Shown: positions 9,739 to 18,370 of the stretch, in pieces
How positions within the stretch are numbered: the stretch's first letter is position 1
How the letters are laid out: every line of letters begins with the position of its first letter
Assembly: GCF_003334785.1 (NCBI RefSeq)
Contig: NZ_QOWV01000008.1
Origin: Escherichia coli
GTDB taxonomy: Bacteria; Pseudomonadota; Gammaproteobacteria; Enterobacterales; Enterobacteriaceae
Reading direction: 5' to 3' (one strand)
Length of the DNA: 64,000 nucleotides
Translations under genes and position numbers: made by a program
The notes under the pieces: model-generated
The model's database searches: none
What the model was told of the DNA's origin: nothing
Seen by the model: the letters and a program-made list of their open reading frames with translations, nothing else

Positions 9739-12072
9739 TCAGGCTGTTGCAGGGTCGTCACATTTCGGCAGCCAGTCGCCGTAGCTTTCCTCTTTCAGCG
9801 TCAGGTTGGTCTGTATCCCCTGTTTGGTATGGCGCTTCTCGTAATTCAGTCCGTATTCCTTCAGCATCACCGGCAGCCCCAGCCCGAACATTTTCAGACT
9901 GAGTACATTCCGGTAGCCGTTTGCCTCCATGTAGGCCAGATAGGCGTGATAGAGGTATTTACGGTAATTACGCGGGATGATACTGGCGTTCCCCATATAC
10001 ATGCCGCTGGTCTGCGGCAGGGTTTCCAGATAGCCGATAAAATCAAACGTCGGGTCGGCATCCCGTTTGATGTTCAGTGCCTCGTCTGAGTTCTGCTGGG
10101 ACTGAAGCAGTGACCGGGCGAGCATCGGGTCGCTGAACTTCTGCATCAGGTAACGCACGATGACCGCCAGCTCGCGGGTGATTTTGTCCTTAAGCTGCGG
10201 GTCGCGCTCCTGCGGGGCTATCTGTTCCGGGAAGTGAATAATCACCCGCCGGCGTGACACGCCGCCGCTGCGGTCGGTGAAGCGCATCGGGTTATTGTTC
10301 ACGGCCAGAATCACCGCCGGGATGTGCGTGGAGTACGCATCCCGGTATTTCGGGTCAACGGACACCGCATCGCCGCCGGTGATGGCCTTGAGTCCGGCAC
10401 CGTCGCCGCTCCATTTTTCCTGGTCCGGCAGGCGTATCAGTGAGAAGCCAGTTAACGCGGCACGTTCACGCGGGGATTCCAGCGTCTCGATGGTGGCCGA
10501 CGTGGCGTTATCCTCACCGGCCAGCAGGGTGGCTATTTCGGCCATGATACTTTTGCCGCTGCCGCCGGGACCGGTCACCTCCAGAAAGAGCTGCCAGTCG
10601 TAGCGGTTTGCCAGCACCATAAACAGTGCGGCCAGAATCACGTCGCGTTTTTCCGCACGGCCACCGGCGGCACGGTCAAGCCAGCGCCAGAATGCGGGGG
10701 CGTGGGTTTCCAGCGTTTCACCTTCCACCGGCGGGGTGAAATCCACATCGCACAGGGCGCGCATCCAGTGTGACGGACTGTGCGGGTGGAACGTGCCGTT
10801 CTGCGTGTCGAGCACGCCGTTACGAAAGCCAATCAGGCGGCGGGAGGGGGCTTCCTGCTGCGGAATAATCAGCTTCAGGGTGTCCACCACGGAGGCCACC
10901 TTCCCGGAGGAGAACGGCGCGCGCAGACGCTGAAACAGCCCGGCCACATCCCGGGCAAAGTCCTGTGGTGGCAGCACCTTCCAGACACCATTTTCATAGC
11001 GGGACAGAAGCTGGCCGTTGGCATCGACCGCGAGCGCCTCGCCGTAATGCTCATAGATACGCATGGCCTTTTCGCTGGTACTCATGGCGGAAAACTCCGC
11101 TTCGCTCATGGTGTCGAACGGGCTTTCAGCCGGTGGCCGGATGGCATCATAAATGGCCTTACGGGTGGTTTCCCCGCCGTACTGCGTGAAGGCATCATTC
11201 CAGTCACCGAAGACCGGCGGCAGGGCAACAACGCCCTCACACGCATCTGCGGCTGCGGCGGCTTTTTTCTGGCCGTCACCGCTGAGGTCACGGTCTGCGG
11301 CAAGGACAATCTGACAGGCCGGATGCTTCTGCCGGGCAAGGCTGGCCAGAGAAAGGAGGTTCACGGAAGAAAGCGCCACCATCACCGTTTCACCGGTCAG
11401 GTGATGTACGGTAAGTGCGGTCGCGTATCCCTCCGCTATCCACAGACGTTTTCCGGCCTGATTCTGTCCTTCAAGGGTGTGACAGGTGCCCCTGACCTGT
11501 CCGCCTTTCAGGGTGCGCTTACGGCCGTCAGCACTGATTAACTGAAGGTTAACCAGTTCGCCGCTGTCGTCATACAGTGGCACCACAAGGTCACCGGCGC
11601 GCCAGCTCACGCCACCGGCTCTGTGTGTGCCGGTCAGCATCCGGCATTCCCGGCCGGGAAAGCCCTTGCGGGTCAGGTAGGCGTTACCGGTTCCGGGACG
11701 GGTTTTCGCCATCAGGGTTTGTGCCAGTGCGGCGGCGTTCTTCCGGGCGGCTTCTGTTTCAGCACCGGCGGCGGCCGTCACTGCCGGGTCAGCCGGGGGC
11801 AGGCAGCCGGTCACGGCAGCCACCTTTGCGGCCGCGTCGGACGGGGAAACACCAAACACCTTTTCAACCAGTTTCAGGCCGTCACCGGCACCACACTGAT
11901 TGCAGTACCAGGTGCCGCGCCCCTCCCTGTCATCAAAACGGAAACGGTCACTTCCGCCACAGACCGGACAGGGCTGATGACGGTTTTTCAGCACCTGAAT
12001 CCCCAGCGACGGGAGAATACGCGGCCAGTGGCCGAGCGCATGGCTGACGGTGGCGGTTACGTTCATTTTCAT
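9739..12072 (-). CDS. P4 alpha-type primase/helicase
   Basis: 777 aa, the size of P4 alpha; N-terminal CPVCGG...CNQCG zinc-binding primase motif; Walker A GPGGSGKS in C-terminal half. Confidence 0.9.
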   Translation of the reverse strand: MKMNVTATVSHALGHWPRILPSLGIQVLKNRHQPCPVCGGSDRFRFDDREGRGTWYCNQCGAGDGLKLVEKVFGVSPSDAAAKVAAVTGCLPPADPAVTAAAGAETEAARKNAAALAQTLMAKTRPGTGNAYLTRKGFPGRECRMLTGTHRAGGVSWRAGDLVVPLYDDSGELVNLQLISADGRKRTLKGGQVRGTCHTLEGQNQAGKRLWIAEGYATALTVHHLTGETVMVALSSVNLLSLASLARQKHPACQIVLAADRDLSGDGQKKAAAAADACEGVVALPPVFGDWNDAFTQYGGETTRKAIYDAIRPPAESPFDTMSEAEFSAMSTSEKAMRIYEHYGEALAVDANGQLLSRYENGVWKVLPPQDFARDVAGLFQRLRAPFSSGKVASVVDTLKLIIPQQEAPSRRLIGFRNGVLDTQNGTFHPHSPSHWMRALCDVDFTPPVEGETLETHAPAFWRWLDRAAGGRAEKRDVILAALFMVLANRYDWQLFLEVTGPGGSGKSIMAEIATLLAGEDNATSATIETLESPRERAALTGFSLIRLPDQEKWSGDGAGLKAITGGDAVSVDPKYRDAYSTHIPAVILAVNNNPMRFTDRSGGVSRRRVIIHFPEQIAPQERDPQLKDKITRELAVIVRYLMQKFSDPMLARSLLQSQQNSDEALNIKRDADPTFDFIGYLETLPQTSGMYMGNASIIPRNYRKYLYHAYLAYMEANGYRNVLSLKMFGLGLPVMLKEYGLNYEKRHTKQGIQTNLTLKEESYGDWLPKCDDPATA

Positions 12073-12086
12073 GGTGTTGTTCTCCT

Positions 12087-12407
12087 TCAGTGCAGTACCG
12101 GCGCTTTTATGTGACGGGCACAGAGTTCATCCATCACAACCAGCCCGAGAAAGGACAGCGACGGCGCGGCCTTCAGGGGGCCGGATTCCATTAAATCTTC
12201 CAGCAGGGCACAGGCTATCTGACGCCCTTTTTCCTCACCGTGCTGGCGCAGATAAAAGCCTTCCAGCTCAGCGGCGATGGCCGCCTCCAGTGACTCAAGG
12301 GTGAGATGCGGGTAGCGGTGCTGACGTTCGCACACGGTCAGCCAGGCACAGGCGACAGCGCGACGGTAAAGGGCAGCGCGTAAGACGGGCGGTAAGGGGG
12401 TTTTCAT
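12087..12407 (-). CDS. hypothetical protein, P4-like satellite backbone
   Basis: 106-aa ORF immediately upstream of alpha, same strand. Confidence 0.5.
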
Positions 12408-12542
12408 TTGTTTTCCTCCCTGTGACAGATGACTGCATTCCGTGCCGGTTGCATTAACTGATAAGGCATATCTGCGTCTCCTGAAGACGTGCGTATCCCT
12501 GCGCGAATACGCACATTTAATTTTTCGGGTGTCGTTTTTTAA

Positions 12543-12998
12543 TTACAGATAATTGCGGTAACTGTTATCCGGGGTGATTTCCGGGTCAGGCTCCGTGCGG
12601 GGAATTTCCCGCCATTCCCGCGCCACCGGTGCCGCCCGGCTGACCGGAACAGGGTCCTGCGGGTAAATATCCAGATATTTCTCCCGCCATTTCTGTAATT
12701 CCGGGTCTCCGGCCATTTCTTTCAGTACCGCATGCCGGTTTACGGGGCTGCGTTTAAACAGGTCAGGACGGTCACAGGTAAATTCCCGCAGAAAACGCCC
12801 CAGCGGGATGTCTGTGGTGCGCCCGTCGGCGATGATACGCACAAGGATACTGAATTTACGGCGGTACGGGTTCCAGACAATTTCCGGGCAGCGGTACGGC
12901 ATTTCCCACGGAATACCGTCTTCCAGAATGCCGACCACGGCCACATCGGGAAAACCGGCAGAACGGTAAATCTCACCGGGCTGGGGAAAATCAAACAT
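12543..12998 (-). CDS. hypothetical protein, P4-like satellite backbone
   Basis: 151-aa ORF, same strand as alpha, in the P4 left operon position. Confidence 0.5.
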   Translation of the reverse strand: MFDFPQPGEIYRSAGFPDVAVVGILEDGIPWEMPYRCPEIVWNPYRRKFSILVRIIADGRTTDIPLGRFLREFTCDRPDLFKRSPVNRHAVLKEMAGDPELQKWREKYLDIYPQDPVPVSRAAPVAREWREIPRTEPDPEITPDNSYRNYL

Positions 12999-13857
12999 GC
13001 GTCCTGTCTCCCCGGTCTTTCTGCTGGGCGAGAAAATCGCGGCACAGGCCTTTGGCTTTCAGCTCATTCAGCACAAAATCAATATCTTCATTCAGGTAAC
13101 TGAAAATATGCGGAATGTAGAGCTGATGCAGGCCGGAGAGTTCACGGTGAATCAAATCACCCCCAACAAACTGGGATACGGCGCTGGCGCGGTTGAGCTT
13201 ATGGTAAGCCTCAATGCTGAGGTGTTCACGGGCGTCATGACGCGCTGAGACGGTCTGAGGGGCTTTTTTATTACGCACGGGACACCTCCACCACCGGCAG
13301 ACGGGCAGCAAGGGAGAGCACATAGTCACGGACAAGGGAACGGCGGGCGCTGCGTTCATCACCGGCGACGGTGCGAAGCATACAGATACGGGGATGACGG
13401 TCTGTGCGACGGACAGCCGCAAACACAAAGACAAATTCAGGGTGTGAGGGGGTAAGGGTTGTAGCCATGATGGCAGCCTCCTGTGAATAGCAAATAACGC
13501 TATCGCCGGAGTTCTCACGCTCGATGGCGATAGCCCAGACGGGGGTGAGAATACCGGCTTCACAGGATACCGGCCAGCCCGGAGGCTGCCCCGCCTGAGC
13601 TACCATTGACTCAGAGGCATAACATGCGATTGCGAACAGGATCATACCTGCACGGCAAACCACACGCCACACCATAATCTGGTGCTCTGTGGCGTTGATT
13701 GCGACACAAAAAAAGACGCATGGCGCGTCATATGTCGCCTGTGAATTGCTCGGGTTCTCACGCCCGGCTGCCGATTTTGCGGCAGCGGAAAAACTATATC
13801 CGCAAATGCCGGAAAAAGGCAAGCCAGAAAAAGGGAGTTTTTGCAGAGCGGGCATCA
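12999..13857 (-). other. P4-like immunity/early region with unresolved small ORFs
   Basis: Overlapping ORFs in several frames (12991..13563, 13271..13906, 12997..13248); only C-terminal parts look protein-like; position corresponds to P4 kil/cI-RNA/eps. Confidence 0.3.
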
Positions 13858-14124
13858 TCATGCGTCGTACCCCCGTTTGCGTCCGGCAATGCGTCCGGCC
13901 ATCCATGCGGTGACTTCAGAGTGCAGCCAGGCCACATTTTTACCGCCAAGACTCACCTGCGGCGGAAATTCCCCCTTACGGATGAGTTCGTAGATGGTCG
14001 AGCGTGACAGGCCGCACAGGTGCATCACTTCCGGAAGACGTAAAAAACGCTCCTGTGTGATGTCCGGCAGCGGCATCAGTGGCGTCACAGGGGCGGGAGA
14101 CGGGGAAGAAAAAACAGCTTGCAT
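13858..14124 (-). CDS. AlpA/Vis-family DNA-binding regulator/excisionase
   Basis: 88-aa ORF with [48 protein letters not shown], typical AlpA-type HTH; true start may be the internal Met (MPLPDITQ). Confidence 0.8.
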   Translation of the reverse strand: MQAVFSSPSPAPVTPLMPLPDITQERFLRLPEVMHLCGLSRSTIYELIRKGEFPPQVSLGGKNVAWLHSEVTAWMAGRIAGRKRGYDA

Positions 14125-14403
14125 CGGGCTACCTCGTTAATGTCCATACAGCACCGGATAAGTCCGTCCGGCTTCAGGTAGCGCTTTATTTTGTGAATAT
14201 TTTCAGCAGACGCAACAGGGGGGATTTGTTCCGGCAGCCTTACAATGCTTGTGTATTTTTTGTTCATCTCCACTTAAAGTCATTTAAAGCCACTTAAAGC
14301 AATTCGTAATTTTTATAGTGAAATACAAATCGTTTTTTCTTATTCATTCCCGGCGAATTAATAAAAACAAACAGTAATAAACAGCACAAAAAGCCCATCA
14401 ACG

Positions 14404-14508
14404 GGTGAACAGTGGTGAACAGACGGTGAACAGTCATTACTGCGATTGTTCACCCTTTAACTTACTGTATTACTTATCTTTTTTCTTATGGTGAACAGAG
14501 GTGAACAG
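14404..14508. repeat. ori-like iteron cluster
   Basis: Five direct GGTGAACAG copies (14404, 14414, 14425, 14490, 14500) plus one inverted TGTTCACC (14447) between vis and sid. Confidence 0.7.
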
Positions 14509-14586
14509 TAAAATATAAAAAAACAAACAGTAAGCCGGTTTTTCCTACGACCTTTTCCTGGCTTGCCGGTGTGAGGATGAGTCTCC

Positions 14587-14604
14587 TGTGTCAGGGCTGG
14601 CACA
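14587..14604 (+). promoter_or_regulatory. TGT-N12-ACA activator site of a P2/P4-type late promoter upstream of sid
   Basis: tgtgtcagggctggcaca lies ~75-90 bp upstream of the sid ATG; Ogr/Delta-activated late promoters carry TGT-N12-ACA near -55. Confidence 0.5.
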
Positions 14605-14676
14605 TCTGCAATGCGTCGTGTTGTTGTCCGGTGTACGTCACAATTTTCTTAACCTGAAGTGACGAGGAGCCGGAAA

Positions 14677-15411
14677 ATGTCTGACAACACCATCCCTGAA
14701 TATCTGCAACCCGCACTGGCACAACTGGAAAAGGCCAGAGCCGCCCACCTTGAGAACGCCCGACTGATGGATGAGACCGTCACGGCCATTGAACGGGCAG
14801 AGCAGGAAAAAAATGCGCTGGCGCAGGCCGACGGAAATGACGCTGATGACTGGCGCACAGCCTTTCGTGCAGCCGGTGGTGTCCTGAGCGACGAGCTGAA
14901 ACAGCGCCACATTGAGCGCGTGGCACGCCGGGAGCTGGTACAGGAATATGACAATCTGGCCGTGGTGCTGAATTTTGAACGTGAACGCCTGAAAGGGGCG
15001 TGTGACAGCACGGCTACCGCCTACCGGAAGGCACATCATCACCTTCTGAGTCTGTATGCAGAGCATGAGCTGGAACACGCCCTGAATGAAACCTGTGAGG
15101 CGCTTGTCCGGGCAATGCATCTGAGCATTCTGGTACAGGAAAATCCGATCGCCAACACCACCGGCCATCAGGGCTACGTCGCACCCGATAAGGCTGTCAT
15201 GCAGCAGGTGAAATCATCGCTGGAACAGAAAATTAAACAGATGCAAATCAGCCTCAGCGGCGAGCCGGTTCTCCGGCTGACCGGACTGTCAGCGGCAACA
15301 CTTCCGCACATGGATTATGAGGTGGCAGGCACACCGGCACAGCGCAAGGTGTGGCAGGACAAAATAGACCAGCAGGGAGCAGAGCTTAAGGCCAGAGGAC
15401 TGCTGTCATGA
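14677..15411 (+). CDS. sid: Sid-like capsid size-determination protein
   Basis: 244 aa from ATG 14677 preceded by GAGGAG; alanine-rich coiled-coil protein; first gene of a sid-delta-psu operon. Confidence 0.75.
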   Translation: MSDNTIPEYLQPALAQLEKARAAHLENARLMDETVTAIERAEQEKNALAQADGNDADDWRTAFRAAGGVLSDELKQRHIERVARRELVQEYDNLAVVLNFERERLKGACDSTATAYRKAHHHLLSLYAEHELEHALNETCEALVRAMHLSILVQENPIANTTGHQGYVAPDKAVMQQVKSSLEQKIKQMQISLSGEPVLRLTGLSAATLPHMDYEVAGTPAQRKVWQDKIDQQGAELKARGLLS

Positions 15412-15908
15412 TTTACTGCCCGTCGTGTGGACATGTTGCTCACACCCGCCGCGCACATTTTATGGACGATGGCACCAAGATAATGATTGCACAGTGCCGG
15501 AATATTTATTGCTCTGCGACATTTGAAGCGAGTGAAAGCTTTTTCTCTGACAGTAAAGATTCAGGAATGGAATACATTTCAGGCAAACAGAGATACCGCG
15601 ATTCACTGACGTCAGCCTCCGGTAGCATGAAGCGCCCGAAAAGAATGCTTGTTACCGGATATTGTTGTCGGAGATGTAAAGGCCTTGCACTGTCAAGAAC
15701 ATCGCGGCGTCTGTCTCAGGAAGTCACCGAGCGTTTTTATGTGTGCACGGATCCGGGCTGTGGTCTGGTGTTTAAAACGCTTCAGACCATCAACCGCTTC
15801 ATTGTCCGCCCGGTCACGCCGGACGAACTGGCAGAAAGCCTGCATGAAAAACAGGAACTGCCGCCAGTACGCTTAAAAACACAATCATATTCGCTGCGTC
15901 TGGAATGA
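15408..15908 (+). CDS. delta: Delta, duplicated Ogr-type zinc-finger late activator
   Basis: 166 aa with two Cys4 motifs (CPSCGH...CRNIYC and CRRCKG...CTDPGCG); start overlaps sid stop. Confidence 0.8.
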   Translation: MIYCPSCGHVAHTRRAHFMDDGTKIMIAQCRNIYCSATFEASESFFSDSKDSGMEYISGKQRYRDSLTSASGSMKRPKRMLVTGYCCRRCKGLALSRTSRRLSQEVTERFYVCTDPGCGLVFKTLQTINRFIVRPVTPDELAESLHEKQELPPVRLKTQSYSLRLE

Positions 15909-15981
15909 GGGCTGCCGGTTAACACCGGCCGTCGCCGCACACCGTATTTTTATTCTTCAGCATGATGAGAAAGAGATAACG

Positions 15982-16554
15982 ATGGAAAGCACAGCCTTAC
16001 AGCAGGCCTTTGACACCTGTCAGAATAACAAAGCAGCATGGCTGCAACGCAAAAATGAGCTGGCTGCGGCCGAACAGGAATATCTGCGGCTTCTGTCAGG
16101 AGAAGGCAGAAACGTCAGTCGCCTGGACGAATTACGCAATATTATCGAAGTCAGAAAATGGCAGGTGAATCAGGCCGCCGGTCGTTATATTCGTTCGCAT
16201 GAAGCCGTTCAGCACATCAGCATCCGCGACCGGCTGAATGATTTTATGCAGCAGCACGGCACAGCACTGGCGGCGGCACTGGCACCGGAGCTGATGGGCT
16301 ACAGTGAGCTGACGGCCATTGCCCGAAACTGTGCCATACAGCGTGCCACAGATGCCCTGCGTGAAGCCCTTCTGTCCTGGCTTGCGAAGGGTGAAAAAAT
16401 TAATTATTCCGCACAGGATAGCGACATTTTAACGGCCATTGGATTCAGACCTGACGCGGCTTCGGTGGATGACAGCCGTGAAAAATTCACCCCTGCGCAG
16501 AACATGATTTTTTCGCGTAAAAGTGCGCAACTGGCATCACGTCAGTCTGTGTAA
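15982..16554 (+). CDS. psu: Psu polarity-suppression protein
   Basis: 190 aa, MESTALQQAFDTCQNNKAAWLQRKNELAAAEQEY..., recalled as P4 Psu. Confidence 0.8.
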   Translation: MESTALQQAFDTCQNNKAAWLQRKNELAAAEQEYLRLLSGEGRNVSRLDELRNIIEVRKWQVNQAAGRYIRSHEAVQHISIRDRLNDFMQQHGTALAAALAPELMGYSELTAIARNCAIQRATDALREALLSWLAKGEKINYSAQDSDILTAIGFRPDAASVDDSREKFTPAQNMIFSRKSAQLASRQSV

Positions 16555-16718
16555 AATTCCCCGAAAATCCGCCCGTTTTTACTGAAAAAAGCCATGCATC
16601 GATAAGGTGCATGGCTTTGCATGCGTTTTCCTGCCTCATTTTCTGCAGATCGCGCCACGCCCGGCGTGGCCTGAGCGTGTCAGCGCAACTGCATTAAAAC
16701 CATCCCACAAAGCGGGCG

Positions 16719-16737
16719 GGCGAGGCGGGGAAAGCAC
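16719..16737. other. cos site (P2/P4-type 19-nt cohesive end)
   Basis: Exact ggcgaggcggggaaagcac, ~165 bp downstream of psu as in P4. Confidence 0.8.
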
Positions 16738-16979
16738 TGCGCGCTTACTTAGATGCGTGAATTTATTTATATCACTGAAGTATATCCCTAAGCTCATTTC
16801 TCAAAGGGCCTATGGTTGCACAAGGTTGTACCATGGCATTCAAAACTTTTTAAACCAAGAATGACAATTTCATTATTAGGCCGGAATAGTTACTAATTTT
16901 AGTATAGGTTGCGATTGTTTAACGCATTTTTTATTATGATGCAGATTTTATTATTACTAATGGGGTGCAAAAAACACGT

Positions 16980-18269
16980 ATGAAAAAAAATGTTGGTAAC
17001 CGCAATAAAAATTCTGATGTGCTTATTCTTAAAGGTATGTTGAACAATTTAAAAGATGGTTTAAATAATTTTGAATTATTGCTTAAATTGCAGTTTAAAA
17101 TATTGGTGTGCGTGATGAGATGTGAGCGGAAAATTAAGTTTCTTAAAAAGAATAATGCTCATTTAAGGTCGGTGTTAAAAAAATCAAGACTTCCAAAAGA
17201 AAAATCTCTGGCAGTAAAAGAAAAAATTAAATACAATTCTGAAGTAATTACTGCTGAAAAATTCAAGATATATACGTATAAAATGTTTGGCGATGCTGTT
17301 GCATTTTTATACATCGATAAATATACAATTAAACAGTTATACTACAATGTACATAATTACAATGTTAAAGAAACGTCGGGGGATTTGAGCGGTAAGTCTG
17401 GATTGCGAGAGGAATGGGAATGCGTAAAACTTGCATGTGATAATAAAGTTCCAGCTCTGTTGCATGATATTACAATGAGTATAAGGCATGGAGATGTATC
17501 ACTTTTAGGTAAAGATGAGCCATTTATTATTGAGATGAAATCAAGCTCAAATACAAATAAGAGAGTTGAGCGGCAAAAATCTAACCTTGAAAAATTAGGA
17601 AGTTTCATAGCAAAAGACGAAGCTGAAAATTTTCGAGGGATTCCATTGTTAATCAGGAAAAATTTGTTAACTGAAGAGGAATCATATTCTCAGGTTTTAA
17701 ATGAGTGTCTTAATGATTGTCGCAGCAAAGGAATGGCTTTGGTTGAAGCTGAAAAAGGATTTTATATCTGCGCAGTTAGAGAAGGGAATATGGCTTCTAT
17801 GCTAGAAAATATAGATTTTGATGAAAAAAAAGAAGTTTTTCCTGTATTTCTCAATCAATATAAAAATAATGGGGAGTGGCTACCATTAACACCATTTACA
17901 CTATTAATTAACGATCCTTACGATCTCCATGATTTTATCGAAGGGGAATTAACAATAGCTTGTTTTTTAATGCTCGATGAATACAAAAAAATTGCTATAG
18001 AACTAGGCTATGAATTAGTTTTTGTTTCTAATGATGAATATAGTATCTTGTTAAAAAGAATTGGTGAAGATATTATATTTGGTGTTTCCTGGCAAATGTT
18101 GTTAAGAGTTCCATTAGAGATGATGTCCATGTCATGGTTGATAAAAGAAAGTATTAATATATATAGTAACTCCCTAGAAAATAGCACCCATAATGATGAA
18201 TTAAATCAGGGGCAGGGAAATACTAAAAATTCATTATTCGAAAAATACAAGAATTTATTTTCTTACTAA
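16980..18269 (+). CDS. hypothetical cargo protein A, possible PD-(D/E)xK nuclease
   Basis: ORF 16965..18269 (GTG) or ATG 16980; strongly AT-rich, Lys/Asn-rich; motif LHDITMSIRHGDVSLLGKDEPFIIEMK; no homologue recognised. Confidence 0.6.
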   Translation: MKKNVGNRNKNSDVLILKGMLNNLKDGLNNFELLLKLQFKILVCVMRCERKIKFLKKNNAHLRSVLKKSRLPKEKSLAVKEKIKYNSEVITAEKFKIYTYKMFGDAVAFLYIDKYTIKQLYYNVHNYNVKETSGDLSGKSGLREEWECVKLACDNKVPALLHDITMSIRHGDVSLLGKDEPFIIEMKSSSNTNKRVERQKSNLEKLGSFIAKDEAENFRGIPLLIRKNLLTEEESYSQVLNECLNDCRSKGMALVEAEKGFYICAVREGNMASMLENIDFDEKKEVFPVFLNQYKNNGEWLPLTPFTLLINDPYDLHDFIEGELTIACFLMLDEYKKIAIELGYELVFVSNDEYSILLKRIGEDIIFGVSWQMLLRVPLEMMSMSWLIKESINIYSNSLENSTHNDELNQGQGNTKNSLFEKYKNLFSY

Positions 18270-18301
18270 TTAAGCATTGTAATTATATTTGATTTTTTCT
18301 A

Positions 18302-18335
18302 CAGGCTTGGACGGAATCATATAGCTCCAAGCCTG
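18302..18335. terminator. bidirectional hairpin between the convergent cargo genes
   Basis: caggcttgga (18302..18311) pairs with tccaagcctg (18326..18335); flanked by T-rich sequence. Confidence 0.5.
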
Positions 18336-18370
18336 TTGTGTCGGTATCAAAAAGAAAGTGATATTATTGT

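Noticed and set aside
10780-12114. Long plus-strand ORFs (253, 156, 163 aa) inside the alpha primase gene
   Set aside because: GC-rich shadow frames antisense to a 777-aa gene with clear primase motifs; Arg/Pro/Gly-rich low-complexity translations.
12997-13248. 83-aa plus-strand ORF opposite the satellite early operon
   Set aside because: Overlaps the more plausible C-terminal part of a minus-strand ORF in the P4 eps position; cannot be resolved from sequence alone, so not called as a gene.
14638-15168. Minus-strand ORFs of 176 and 120 aa overlapping sid
   Set aside because: Antisense to sid, which has a good RBS and P4 operon context; translations are Ser/Arg/Ala-rich.
16607-16864. 85-aa plus-strand ORF spanning the cos site
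   Set aside because: Contains the exact 19-nt cos sequence and lacks a ribosome binding site; best read as non-coding packaging region.
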